Source: Collinsella sp. (GTDB lineage: Bacteria; Actinomycetota; Coriobacteriia; Coriobacteriales; Coriobacteriaceae). From it: DNA of 64,000 bases. Location of the stretch: positions 15,973 through 79,972 of the forward strand of contig DBFOIV010000177.1 of assembly GCA_048489175.1 (NCBI GenBank), written 5' to 3'. Each line of letters opens with the position of its first letter. Position 1 is the first letter of the stretch. Positions 19,914-31,459 of this stretch are shown one piece after another. The translations under genes and the position numbers were made by a program. The notes beneath the pieces are model-generated. The model ran no database searches, was not told the origin of the DNA, and saw nothing but the letters and a program-made list of their open reading frames with translations.

Positions 19914-20825
19914 ATGAACGCTTCATCGCTTTCCTTCCAAGACATCATCCTGCGCCTCCAGCAGTACTGGGGCGAGCAGGGCTGCGTCATTATGCAGCCC
20001 TATGACTCCGAGGTCGGTGCCGGCACCTTCCATACCGCGACCACGCTGCGCTCGCTCGGTCCCGCCGAGTGGCGCACCTGCTATGCGCAGCCCTGCCGCC
20101 GTCCCGCCGACGGCCGCTACGGCGAGAACCCCAACCGCATGCAGCACTACTATCAGTTCCAGGTGCTCATCAAGCCTTCTCCGGTTAACGCCCAGGAGCT
20201 CTACCTGGGGTCTCTTGCCGCTATCGGTCTGGACCCCAACGACCATGACGTCCGCTTTGTCGAGGACGACTGGGAGAGCCCGACGCTCGGCGCCTGGGGC
20301 CTTGGCTGGGAGGTCTGGCTCAACGGCATGGAGGTCACGCAGTTTACGTACTTCCAGCAGGTGGGAGGCATCGAGGTCGACCCCGTGCCCGTTGAGATCA
20401 CCTATGGCCTGGAGCGCATCGCCATGTATGCGCAGGGCGTCAACTCCGTCTACGACCTGGTGTGGAGCTACCTGCCCGACGGCACGCCCATGACCTACGG
20501 CGACGTGTTCCTCGAGAACGAGCGCGAGTTCAGTGCCTATAACTTTGAGGTCGCCAACGTCGAGATGATGCGTCAGAAGTTTGACGACTACGAGGCCGAG
20601 TGCCATTCCTGCCTGGAGCGAAAGCTGCCGCTGCCGGCGTACGACTGTGTCATGAAGTGCAGCCACGCTTTCAACCTGCTCGATGCCCGTGGCGCGCTGT
20701 CCGCGGTCGAGCGTGCCAACTACATCCTGCGCGTCCGCGCCGTCGCCAAGGCGTGCTGCGAGGCCTACATGGCCGAGGTCGCCGGAGTCAACGAGAATGC
20801 CGACCAGGAAGGCGAGGTGGCGTAA
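19914..20825 (+). CDS. glyQ: Glycine--tRNA ligase alpha subunit
   Basis: [37 protein letters not shown] and TYGLER. Confidence 0.98.
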   Translation: MNASSLSFQDIILRLQQYWGEQGCVIMQPYDSEVGAGTFHTATTLRSLGPAEWRTCYAQPCRRPADGRYGENPNRMQHYYQFQVLIKPSPVNAQELYLGSLAAIGLDPNDHDVRFVEDDWESPTLGAWGLGWEVWLNGMEVTQFTYFQQVGGIEVDPVPVEITYGLERIAMYAQGVNSVYDLVWSYLPDGTPMTYGDVFLENEREFSAYNFEVANVEMMRQKFDDYEAECHSCLERKLPLPAYDCVMKCSHAFNLLDARGALSAVERANYILRVRAVAKACCEAYMAEVAGVNENADQEGEVA

Positions 20826-20828
20826 GCC

Positions 20829-22925
20829 ATGGCAGACGCTAAGGATTTCCTGTTTGAGATCGGTACGGAGGAAATGCCCTCTGCACCGCTGAACAATGCC
20901 GTCAAGCAGCTTGGCACCATGATCGCCAGGGGTCTCGACGAGGCCGGTCTGGCCCACGGCGAGGTCCGCGTGATCTCGAGCCCGCGCCGCCTGGCTGCAC
21001 TCGTTGCCAACGTCGCCACCGCGACCGATGAGGTTCACGAGGTCAAGCGTGGCCCCGCGGCCAACATTGCCTTCGACGCTGACGGTAACGCCACCAAGGC
21101 CGCCCAGGGCTTCGCCCGCAAGTGCGGTGTGGCTGCCGAGGACCTGGTCCGTCGCGAGGACACTGACGGTCGCGAGTATGTGTTCGCCGAGAAGAACATT
21201 CCCTCCGCACCGGCTACCCCGATCCTGACGGCCCTGTGCGAGAAGACCATCGCCGGCCTGCAGTGGCCCAACTACCGCTCCCAGCGCTGGGGCCACGAGC
21301 ATGCCACGTTCGTGCGTCCGGTCCGTTGGATCTGCTGCCTTCTGGGCGAGGACGTTGTGCCCGTGTCGTTTGCCGACGTGACGAGTGGCAACACCACGCG
21401 CGGTCATCGCGTACTTGGCCCTGGTGACCATGTGGTCGCCAGCCCCGCCGTCTACGAGCAGGTGCTCGAGGACGCCGGCGTGCTTTCTGCCGAGCGTCGT
21501 CGCGAGGCCATCCTTGCCGGTATCGCCGAGGTCGAGGCCGCTCGCCCCGGCTGCCATGTCGACACGCCCAAGAAGGTCTTTGAGGAGGTCATCAACCTCT
21601 GCGAGTGGCCGACGGTGCTTGTCGGTACCTTTGACGAGGAGTTCCTCAAGGTCCCGCACGAGATCATCTGCGAGTCCATGCTCACCAACCAGCGCTACTT
21701 CCCGATCTATGACGGCGAAGGCAAGCTGACGCGTGAGTTCGTGGTCGTCTCCAACAGCAAGCCCGAAAACGCCGAGCGCGTGATCGACGGCAACGAGCGC
21801 GTCGTGCGCGCCCGTCTGGACGACGCAAAGTTCTTCTACGAGGAGGACCTGAAGATCTCCCTCGACGAGTTCCGTGAGCGTCTGGCCAAGGTTGCCTTCC
21901 AAGAGAAGCTCGGCAGCGTGCTCGCCAAGTCCGAGCGCATCGAGCAGCTCGCGCTCGCTATTGCCCGCGAGGCTCATCTGGGCGCCCACCTGGCCGCCGA
22001 TGCCGCTCGCGCCGCGCACCTGTGCAAGGCCGACCTGGTATCCAACGCCGTCGTCGAGTTCACGAGCCAGCAGGGCGTGATGGGCGGTTACTACGCCACC
22101 GCGATGGGGGAGAACGACGAGGTCGCCCACGCCATTCGCGATCACTATCGTCCCCGCTTTGCCGGTGACGAGCTGCCCGAGGGCACCGCTGGCTGCATCG
22201 TGGCCTGTGCCGACAAGCTCGATACCATTGCCGGTATCTTTGCCATCGGCGAGCCCCCGACCGGCTCCTCCGACCCCTATGCGCTGCGTCGTGCCGCTAT
22301 CGGCATCATCAACATCCTGCGCGACCGTCTGCCGATCGACCCCACGTCGCTCATCGACTTCGCCCTCGAGCTCTACAGTGAGCAGGGCATTGAGTTCGAC
22401 GCCGCCGAGGTCGCCCAGCAGGTCCGTGACTTCTTCCATGGCCGCCTGGTGAGCATGGCCCGCGACGAAAAGGTCCCGGCCGATACCGTTGCCGCCGTCT
22501 CCGCGGTGCACATCATCGCTCCGTCCGTCTTCTTCGCCCGCTGCGCCGCCCTCGACGAGGCCCGCAAGAACGACGCCGAGACGTTCGACAACCTTGCGAC
22601 CGCCTATGCTCGCGCCGCGCATATCTCCAAGCCCGAGCTGGGCGTGGAGTACGACCGCAGCCTGATGGGCGAGGCCGAGCTCGCGCTTGCCGATGCCTCC
22701 GAGGCCGCTCAGACCGCCGTCGATGCCGCCCTTGTTGCCGAGGATTACCCGGCTGCATTTGCCGCCCTCGCCGCCCTGCGTGCGCCCATTGACCGTTTCT
22801 TCGATGAGGTTATGGTCATGGACAAGGACGAGCAGCTCCGCGATAATCGCCTTAAGCTGCTCAACCGCTTCGAGGCCGTTTTCTCCGGCATTGCCAACAT
22901 CGGTGAGCTTGCCCGCAAAAAGTAA
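20829..22925 (+). CDS. glyS: Glycine--tRNA ligase beta subunit
   Basis: FLFEIGTEEMP, SPRRLA, FVRPVRW, ARLDDAKFF and GSSDPYALRR. Confidence 0.97.
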   Translation: MADAKDFLFEIGTEEMPSAPLNNAVKQLGTMIARGLDEAGLAHGEVRVISSPRRLAALVANVATATDEVHEVKRGPAANIAFDADGNATKAAQGFARKCGVAAEDLVRREDTDGREYVFAEKNIPSAPATPILTALCEKTIAGLQWPNYRSQRWGHEHATFVRPVRWICCLLGEDVVPVSFADVTSGNTTRGHRVLGPGDHVVASPAVYEQVLEDAGVLSAERRREAILAGIAEVEAARPGCHVDTPKKVFEEVINLCEWPTVLVGTFDEEFLKVPHEIICESMLTNQRYFPIYDGEGKLTREFVVVSNSKPENAERVIDGNERVVRARLDDAKFFYEEDLKISLDEFRERLAKVAFQEKLGSVLAKSERIEQLALAIAREAHLGAHLAADAARAAHLCKADLVSNAVVEFTSQQGVMGGYYATAMGENDEVAHAIRDHYRPRFAGDELPEGTAGCIVACADKLDTIAGIFAIGEPPTGSSDPYALRRAAIGIINILRDRLPIDPTSLIDFALELYSEQGIEFDAAEVAQQVRDFFHGRLVSMARDEKVPADTVAAVSAVHIIAPSVFFARCAALDEARKNDAETFDNLATAYARAAHISKPELGVEYDRSLMGEAELALADASEAAQTAVDAALVAEDYPAAFAALAALRAPIDRFFDEVMVMDKDEQLRDNRLKLLNRFEAVFSGIANIGELARKK

Positions 22926-22959
22926 GCCAGCCTGCGCGTAAGCGCAAAAGGAGCCCCGC

Positions 22960-23844
22960 ATGGATTGCCCGGTCACCGCTCGTCCCACCGTTATCGTTAT
23001 CTCCGACTCGCTCGGCGATACCGCTTGTGAGGTGGTGCTTGCGGCGTCCGGGCAATTTGATGAAGGGACTTTTCGTTTGTTGCGCCTGCCCAAGGTGACC
23101 TCGGTGGAGCAGGTGGAGTCGTTTGTGGGCCCGCGCGTCGATGCCGACCATCGCGATATTGCCGTGTTTCACACCATTGTCGATCCGGCGCTTCGCGCCC
23201 GCGTGCTCGATTACCTGGGCATGCTGCATATCCGTTCGGTCGACCTGATCGGTCCGACGCTCGCCGTGCTATCGTCGCTCATCGGTGTGCCGCCCAAAGG
23301 CGTCGCGGGCGTGATTCACAGGACCGATGACCGCTATTTCCATCGTATCGAGGCCATGGAATATTTCGTTGAGCACGATGACGGGCGCGGTTGCGACGAT
23401 TTGTCGGGTGCCGATATCGTGCTGCTGGGCGTATCGCGCACGTCCAAGACGCCGCTGTCGATGTATCTGGCTTATCAGGGCTACAAGGTTGCCAATGTTC
23501 CGTTGGCCCATGGCATGGAGCCGCCGAAGTCGATTTACGAGGTCGACCCGATGCGCCTGTTCGGCCTGATTTCGACCGTCGATGTGATTTCCGAAATTCG
23601 CGATAGCCGCTTGGGCGATGACTACGCTCGTGCCGTTGCCGGCTCCTATGCCGAGCCCGAGAGCGTGCGCAGCGAGCTCGAGGAAGCCCGTTCCCTCATG
23701 AAGCGGCTAGGCTGCTTTGTGGTGCGTACCGACGGCAAGGCCATCGAGGAGAGCGCTGCCGAGATCATCAGCCACTTGGAGGAAATCCAAGAAGCCCGTG
23801 CCCGCCGCGCCGCCCGTCGAGCCCAACAGCGGTACCTGAGATGA
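22960..23844 (+). CDS. PPDK regulatory kinase/pyrophosphorylase (DUF299, PDRP)
   Basis: ISDSLGDTA, HDDG, GVSRTSKTP.S.YLA and ANVPL; upstream of ppdK. Confidence 0.92.
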   Translation: MDCPVTARPTVIVISDSLGDTACEVVLAASGQFDEGTFRLLRLPKVTSVEQVESFVGPRVDADHRDIAVFHTIVDPALRARVLDYLGMLHIRSVDLIGPTLAVLSSLIGVPPKGVAGVIHRTDDRYFHRIEAMEYFVEHDDGRGCDDLSGADIVLLGVSRTSKTPLSMYLAYQGYKVANVPLAHGMEPPKSIYEVDPMRLFGLISTVDVISEIRDSRLGDDYARAVAGSYAEPESVRSELEEARSLMKRLGCFVVRTDGKAIEESAAEIISHLEEIQEARARRAARRAQQRYLR

Positions 23845-23899
23845 TTTTTTAATCCCCGTCCCAGAAAAATCATCGAAGTGGCTAAAAAGTCTGAATTGG

Positions 23900-23911
23900 T
23901 AAAGCGATTTA
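23900..23911. promoter_or_regulatory. Putative LacI-family operator upstream of ppdK
   Basis: Near-palindrome TAAAGCGATTTA with central CG; same pattern as two sites upstream of adhE. Confidence 0.4.
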
Positions 23912-23971
23912 GCAAAAATATTGCATCTGACCTGTATTTTCTTGTAGTGGTATCTTCATAAGGTAACCAAC

Positions 23972-24009
23972 TTTACCTACCGTTTACCGCCATATTTACC
24001 ACGTTTACC
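23972..24009 (+). repeat. Four TTTACC direct repeats in the ppdK promoter region
   Basis: TTTACC at 23972, 23983, 23995 and 24004; TATAGT -10 candidate at 24051-24056. Confidence 0.6.
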
Positions 24010-24131
24010 AACCCCCGCGTCCTCTGCGCAAGCCCGCTCAATGCCCGCCGTATAGTACCCTCACGGCCCACATCCGGCGGGTCGATTCGTTACCACGGTC
24101 GTGCGCGAGAACGCATGGAAGGGGAAGTATC

Positions 24132-26882
<2,751 letters not shown>

Positions 26883-26921
26883 CGTTTTGGGTTTAGACGC
26901 CTAGCGTAGTCCCCTTCATGT

Positions 26922-26947
26922 CGCCCGTCTCATTCGTGAGACGGGCG
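26922..26947. terminator. Hairpin after ppdK
   Basis: CGCCCGTCTCA-TTCG-TGAGACGGGCG, a perfect 11-bp stem; weak U tail. Confidence 0.65.
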
Positions 26948-27091
26948 GTTATCATGTGCGGGTTTTGTCTTTTTGTCTGCGTAAAAAATTGTTCTTGCAG
27001 CAGAAACCCGCGCGTGTATACTCGAATACGTTTGTTCAACTACGTGCCGGCCAAGGTGGTACGGCACCTCTAGAAGAGTAAGGAATTGCAC

Positions 27092-27433
27092 ATGGATTAC
27101 ATCCGCGCAATCGAGCGTCAGCAGATCCGCGAGGACATTCCTCAGGTTCGCGTCGCCGACAACGTCAAGGTTCACTACCGCATTAAGGAAGGCGACCGCG
27201 AGCGCATCCAGGTCTTCCAGGGCGACGTCATCCGCATGGCCGGCGCCGGTGCCCGCGAGACCTTCACCGTCCGCAAGATGTCCTTCGGTGTCGGTGTTGA
27301 GCGTACCTTCCCGCTTCACAGCCCCAAGATCGCCAAGCTCGAGGTCGTTCGTCATGGTCGCGTCCGTCGCGCCAAGCTGTACTACCTCCGCGACAAGGTG
27401 GGCAAGGCTGCTCGTATCCCCGAGAAGCGCTAA
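27092..27433 (+). CDS. rplS: 50S ribosomal protein L19
   Basis: [15 protein letters not shown]...GVGVERTFP and [10 protein letters not shown]; promoter candidate TTGCAG-16-TATACT at 26995-27022. Confidence 0.98.
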   Translation: MDYIRAIERQQIREDIPQVRVADNVKVHYRIKEGDRERIQVFQGDVIRMAGAGARETFTVRKMSFGVGVERTFPLHSPKIAKLEVVRHGRVRRAKLYYLRDKVGKAARIPEKR

Positions 27434-27467
27434 GAAGATCGCAGCGTCTGTCCACTCGTTTGGACAC

Positions 27468-27497
27468 AAGGGTCACCTTCGGGTGGCCCTTCTTTTT
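27468..27497 (+). terminator. Intrinsic terminator after rplS
   Basis: AAGGGTCACC-TTCG-GGTGGCCCTT then CTTTTT. Confidence 0.85.
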
Positions 27498-27526
27498 ATC
27501 TGATTTGCATGCAAGGAGGGCCTGGT

Positions 27527-28315
27527 ATGGCCAACATGACGAGCTCGGTTTCGGCATCGCAGGTTGCCGGAGAGCTGGCGAGCGCTACGTTTGAGGAGAT
27601 TCCCGCCCTCGTGGAGCATTATCGCGAGGACCCGCGCCAGCAGGTGATCAAGGCTTGCGAGCGCGCCCTCAAGCGCCATGCCAAAGAGCTTGCCGAGCGC
27701 GAGCGCGTCAATGACATGTACGAGCTTATGCATGAGCTTGGCGGCGATGGGGTGGTCGTCGGTGTCGACGAGGTGGGTCGCGGATCGGTGGCCGGTCCTT
27801 TGACGGTATGCGCCGTCTGCCTTCCTATGGAGCCGCGCGTCTGGGGCATCAACGATTCCAAAAAGCTCACGCCGGCGCGCCGCGAGTTGCTCTCAGTGAA
27901 GATTGCCGAGGTGGCGACGGCGATCGGTTTTTGCCATATCGCGCCTAAGGATATCGATGAGATGGGCATGGCCCGTGCCATCCGCGCTGCCGTTGCGGGC
28001 GCCGTGGCCGATACGGGACTTGAACCCGACTGCGTCCTCATGGATGGCAACCCCTTGGGCGCCGTTCCTAACGAGCGCGATGTGGTGAAGGGCGATGCCA
28101 AGATCGCCTGCATCGCTGCGGCGTCCATCATGGCCAAGGTCACGCGTGACGAGATGATGGTTGAGTACGACGCCGAATATCCCGAGTACCATCTGGCCGA
28201 GTCGAAGGGCTATGCAAGCCCCGAGCATATCGAGGCCATTCGCAAACATGGACTTTGTCCTCTGCACCGCGTGAGCTTTTGCGGAAACTTTCTGCAGACT
28301 GAGCGCCTTTTCTAG
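27527..28315 (+). CDS. rnhB: Ribonuclease HII
   Basis: GVDEVGRG..AGP, NDSKKL, KGDA and IAAASIMAKVTRD. Confidence 0.96.
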   Translation: MANMTSSVSASQVAGELASATFEEIPALVEHYREDPRQQVIKACERALKRHAKELAERERVNDMYELMHELGGDGVVVGVDEVGRGSVAGPLTVCAVCLPMEPRVWGINDSKKLTPARRELLSVKIAEVATAIGFCHIAPKDIDEMGMARAIRAAVAGAVADTGLEPDCVLMDGNPLGAVPNERDVVKGDAKIACIAAASIMAKVTRDEMMVEYDAEYPEYHLAESKGYASPEHIEAIRKHGLCPLHRVSFCGNFLQTERLF

Positions 28316-28364
28316 GTCAATTGTGGAGACAGGGACCTTAAAGATTCTATAAACCTGCTGGTAG

Positions 28365-28406
28365 CGGGCCGTATGCAACACCATTGCTGTGTACGGCCCG
28401 TTTTTT
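28365..28406 (+). terminator. Intrinsic terminator after rnhB
   Basis: CGGGCCGTA...TACGGCCCG then TTTTTT. Confidence 0.7.
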
Positions 28407-28413
28407 GACGGCA

Positions 28414-28433
28414 TTTGGTCAGCTTTTGGTTTG
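28414..28433 (+). promoter_or_regulatory. Candidate competence-regulon box upstream of yraN-comM-dprA
   Basis: TTTGGTCAGCTTTTGGTTTG; 19/20 identical to 57796-57815 upstream of comEA. Confidence 0.6.
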
Positions 28434-28504
28434 CTTCCGGTACTTACCCGCATGAAAGGTGCCCTCATCATCGGGGCAATGCAGCGTGCGGGAAAGGAGA
28501 CCCC

Positions 28505-28990
28505 ATGAGTGCCGCAAGCAAAAAGAGTAAGACGCAGCAGCTCAAGGAGCGTTGGGAAAACGGCGAGCTCGACTCCGGGGCGATGACGCCCGAGTTTATC
28601 AAGGGACTCAGTCCTCGCGAGCTGGGCATGCTGGGCGAGCTGATCACCATCGACTACTTTAACGAGCGCGGCTACACCTTGCTGGAGCAGGGTTATCGTT
28701 GCACCGAGGGCGAGGCTGATCTGGTGCTGCTCGATGAGCTCGACGATGTCGTGGTAATGGCCGAGGTCAAGACCAGACGCGTTGCACTGGATTGCAGCAC
28801 GAGAGTCTTTCCGGAGGAGGCCGTGGACGCCCAAAAGCAACGCCGCTACCGCCGCATCGCAAGCTGCTATCTTATGGAGCATTATCCGCTCAAGGCGATT
28901 CGCTTCGATGCCGTGGGTGTCACCATCCGCGGCGGGCATATCGCCGAGATCGAGCACCAGTACAACGCGTTCGATTGGCAGGTGTCGTGA
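28505..28990 (+). CDS. yraN: YraN family (UPF0102) nuclease
   Basis: LG..GE, GEADLV, EVKTR, EAV...KQRR and RFD; AAGGAG RBS before ATG 28505. Confidence 0.88.
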   Translation: MSAASKKSKTQQLKERWENGELDSGAMTPEFIKGLSPRELGMLGELITIDYFNERGYTLLEQGYRCTEGEADLVLLDELDDVVVMAEVKTRRVALDCSTRVFPEEAVDAQKQRRYRRIASCYLMEHYPLKAIRFDAVGVTIRGGHIAEIEHQYNAFDWQVS

Positions 28991-30513
28991 TGGCGTTCGA
29001 GACGTTTGCCGTTCACGCGGCCTGCATCCGCGGCGTCGAGGCGATTCCCGTCACGGTCGAGGTCTCGCTTGCCGGTGGCGTTCCGGGCATTCAGATGCTC
29101 GGTATTCCGAGTATGGAGGTGATGGAGTCACGCGGTCGTATTCGCTGCGCGATGCGCTCCGCCGGGTTCGAGATCCCACGCTCGGGCATTACGGTCAACC
29201 TGGCGCCCGGCGATATTCGCAAGACCGGTAGCGGCTTTGATCTGCCCATCGCCATCGCGGTTCTGGCGGCCGATGGGCAGATTCCCCGTGACAACTTCGA
29301 TCGCTGCCTTATCGCAGGTGAGCTTGGTCTGGACGGTACGGTGCTTCCCGTCAAGGGCGAGGTGGCGTTTCAGCTGCTGGCTCGCGACATGGGGCTGTCT
29401 TTTATCGCCGGCAGGTCAGACCAGCATGTGCCACTCGCGGGCGTGGATTGCGGCTTTATCGATCATCTGTCTCAGCTTGCTCACGGCATGGGCGATGCCG
29501 CACGGCACTACTTGGATTCCGAGGGTGTCGAGGCGACCTTTGAGCCCGAGCTCGACTATGCAGACGTGCTGGGGCAGGAAGTCGCTAAACGCGGCATGGC
29601 GCTTGCGGCGGCAGGAGAACTCGGCTTGCTCATGATCGGGTCTCCGGGATCGGGCAAGACGATGCTCGCACGCCGTATGACCGGCATCCTGCCCGAGCTT
29701 TCCGTTGAGGATCAGCAGGAGGCACTGTGCATCCATTCGGTTTTGGGTGAGAACATTGATGGCTTGTTGGCGGGGCACCGCCCCTTCCGCAGTCCCCACC
29801 ACAGTATTTCGACCGCAGGCCTTATTGGCGGCGGGCGCCCGGTGCACCCGGGTGAGATCAGCCTTGCTCATGGCGGCGTGCTCTTTTTGGACGAGCTTGC
29901 CGAGTTTCCCACGGGTGTGCTGCAGACGCTGCGTCAGCCCATCGAGCGCGGCTACGTGAGGATCGTACGCGTCGACGGGGCTTTTACCTTCCCGTCGCGC
30001 TTTCAGCTGCTGGCTGCGAGCAATCCCTGCCCCTGCGGCTTTTTGGGCGATCGCGAGGTGCCGTGTCGCTGCTCGGCGGCGATGGTCGAGCGCTATCGGT
30101 CTAAACTGCGCGGTCCCTTGGCCGACCGTATCGACATGATGATCGATGTGACCCGTCCCGACCCTCAAGTGATTATCGAGGGTGCGGAGGGTATGTCGTC
30201 GGCCGAGTTACGTGACTACGTTGTGCGCGGTCGTGCCTTTCGCGCCTGGCGCGAGTCCCGTATGGACGATGCGGATGCCGAGGCCGAGGATGACGAGACG
30301 CGGTCCATTGACGGCGTCGTTTCGACCTTCGAGCTCGATGATGCTGCCGAGAAATGCGTGCTCGGCCTATCCAAACGCACGCATCTCACGGGCCGCGGCA
30401 TCGTACGCCTGGTGCGTATCGCGCGTACAATCGCTGACGTCGCCGAGAGCGAGCAAGTGACGCAGGACCATGTGCTCGAGGCGGCGATGTACCAGGGAAG
30501 GAGGGACCAATGA
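28990..30513 (+). CDS. comM: ComM/YifB Mg-chelatase-like AAA+ helicase
   Basis: VNLAP.D.RK.GSGFDL, GSPGSGKTM, PFRSPHH, GEISLAHGGVLFLDE and NPCPCG; ATG overlaps yraN stop. Confidence 0.92.
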   Translation: MAFETFAVHAACIRGVEAIPVTVEVSLAGGVPGIQMLGIPSMEVMESRGRIRCAMRSAGFEIPRSGITVNLAPGDIRKTGSGFDLPIAIAVLAADGQIPRDNFDRCLIAGELGLDGTVLPVKGEVAFQLLARDMGLSFIAGRSDQHVPLAGVDCGFIDHLSQLAHGMGDAARHYLDSEGVEATFEPELDYADVLGQEVAKRGMALAAAGELGLLMIGSPGSGKTMLARRMTGILPELSVEDQQEALCIHSVLGENIDGLLAGHRPFRSPHHSISTAGLIGGGRPVHPGEISLAHGGVLFLDELAEFPTGVLQTLRQPIERGYVRIVRVDGAFTFPSRFQLLAASNPCPCGFLGDREVPCRCSAAMVERYRSKLRGPLADRIDMMIDVTRPDPQVIIEGAEGMSSAELRDYVVRGRAFRAWRESRMDDADAEAEDDETRSIDGVVSTFELDDAAEKCVLGLSKRTHLTGRGIVRLVRIARTIADVAESEQVTQDHVLEAAMYQGRRDQ

Positions 30514-31445
30514 TGGCCGAGGGGACCTTCGAGCTGCATCCAGGTGATGCGTTGTATCCCGAGACCGTTTTGGAGCTTTCTGATGTACCCCAGACGCTTT
30601 ATGTGCGCGGCAACCCCGAGGTGCTTTCGACGCCCGCGCTCTCCATCATCGGCGCGCGCAAGGCCTCGCCGTATGGTCTTGCCGTGGCAGAGCTTGCGGC
30701 AAAGGTGGCGGTTGATGCGGGAGTGACGGTTGTTTCGGGCGGCGCGGTCGGTTGTGACCAGGCCTCGGGTTGGGCTGCGGTCAACGCCGGCGGCAAACAC
30801 GTCGTGGTGCTGGGGACGGGCGCCGACGTGGTCTACCCGCGTTCGAGCGCGGGGCTTATTACTCGCGCGCTCGATACGGGTGGCGCGGTCGTGTCGATCT
30901 CTCCGTGGGGCATGGGTCCGCGCAAGTTTGCCTTTCCGCGCCGCAATCGCGTGATCGCGGCCCTGTCGCAAGCCCTCTTTGTATCCGAGGCGGGTATGCC
31001 TTCCGGGACGTTTTCTACAGCCGAGGCTGCTATGGATTTGGGGCGCGAACTTCTTGCCGTGCCGGGGTCGATCCTATCGCCCGAGTCGCGTGGCACGAAT
31101 TACCTCATTGCGAACGGTGCCTGCTGCATCGTCGACGAGGAATCTATCGAGATGGCTATCTCACGCGTCTACGGAACCCTGCGCTACTCGCGCCCCGATG
31201 CTCCCGGCATTGCCGACCTGAATCCAACACAGCAGACCGTGATGCATGCGCTCATCGCCTCTCCGCTCAAGGTCGACGACATCGCGGCGCTCGTCTCACT
31301 CGATGCTGTCGGCGTACTCAAACTCTTGGGTTCGCTTGAACTCGAGGGCCTTATCGAGCGCATGATGGATGGAAGGTATGCGCCCTCCAAGTTTGCCCTT
31401 CACGCCCAGACGCCCTTCGGGCACAATGGAAAACGTGTCAATTAG
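30510..31445 (+). CDS. dprA: DNA-processing protein DprA
   Basis: IIGARKAS.YG, VSGGA.G.D, FPRRNRVIAALS and SG...TA; C-terminal winged helix. Confidence 0.93.
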   Translation: MMAEGTFELHPGDALYPETVLELSDVPQTLYVRGNPEVLSTPALSIIGARKASPYGLAVAELAAKVAVDAGVTVVSGGAVGCDQASGWAAVNAGGKHVVVLGTGADVVYPRSSAGLITRALDTGGAVVSISPWGMGPRKFAFPRRNRVIAALSQALFVSEAGMPSGTFSTAEAAMDLGRELLAVPGSILSPESRGTNYLIANGACCIVDEESIEMAISRVYGTLRYSRPDAPGIADLNPTQQTVMHALIASPLKVDDIAALVSLDAVGVLKLLGSLELEGLIERMMDGRYAPSKFALHAQTPFGHNGKRVN

Positions 31446-31459
31446 AAAGGTGTTTGCAG

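Noticed and set aside
19923..23093. 1056-aa minus-strand ORF and other long antisense ORFs (e.g. 41248-43710, 9086-10672, 62451-63962, and 45069-47714 on +)
   Set aside because: They mirror well-identified genes on the opposite strand and have no recognisable motifs; high-GC codon bias produces such shadow ORFs.
27022..27038. SOS-box-like TCGAATACGTTTGTTC upstream of rplS (and CGAACATGT upstream of rpmB)
   Set aside because: The half-sites lack the GAAC-N4-GTTC spacing, and these genes are not plausible SOS targets.
28318..28334. CAATTGTGGAGACAGG as a dispersed copy of the transposase repeat
   Set aside because: Only a loose, gapped match to CATTGGGGACAGG, with no CACTCAT/ATGAGTG stem.
28792..28989. 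N-terminal extensions in the ORF track for comM, pyrD, pyrF, ispG, rpsT and yraN
   Set aside because: They overlap upstream genes or intergenic signals; downstream starts with an RBS or stop/start coupling match where the family motifs begin.
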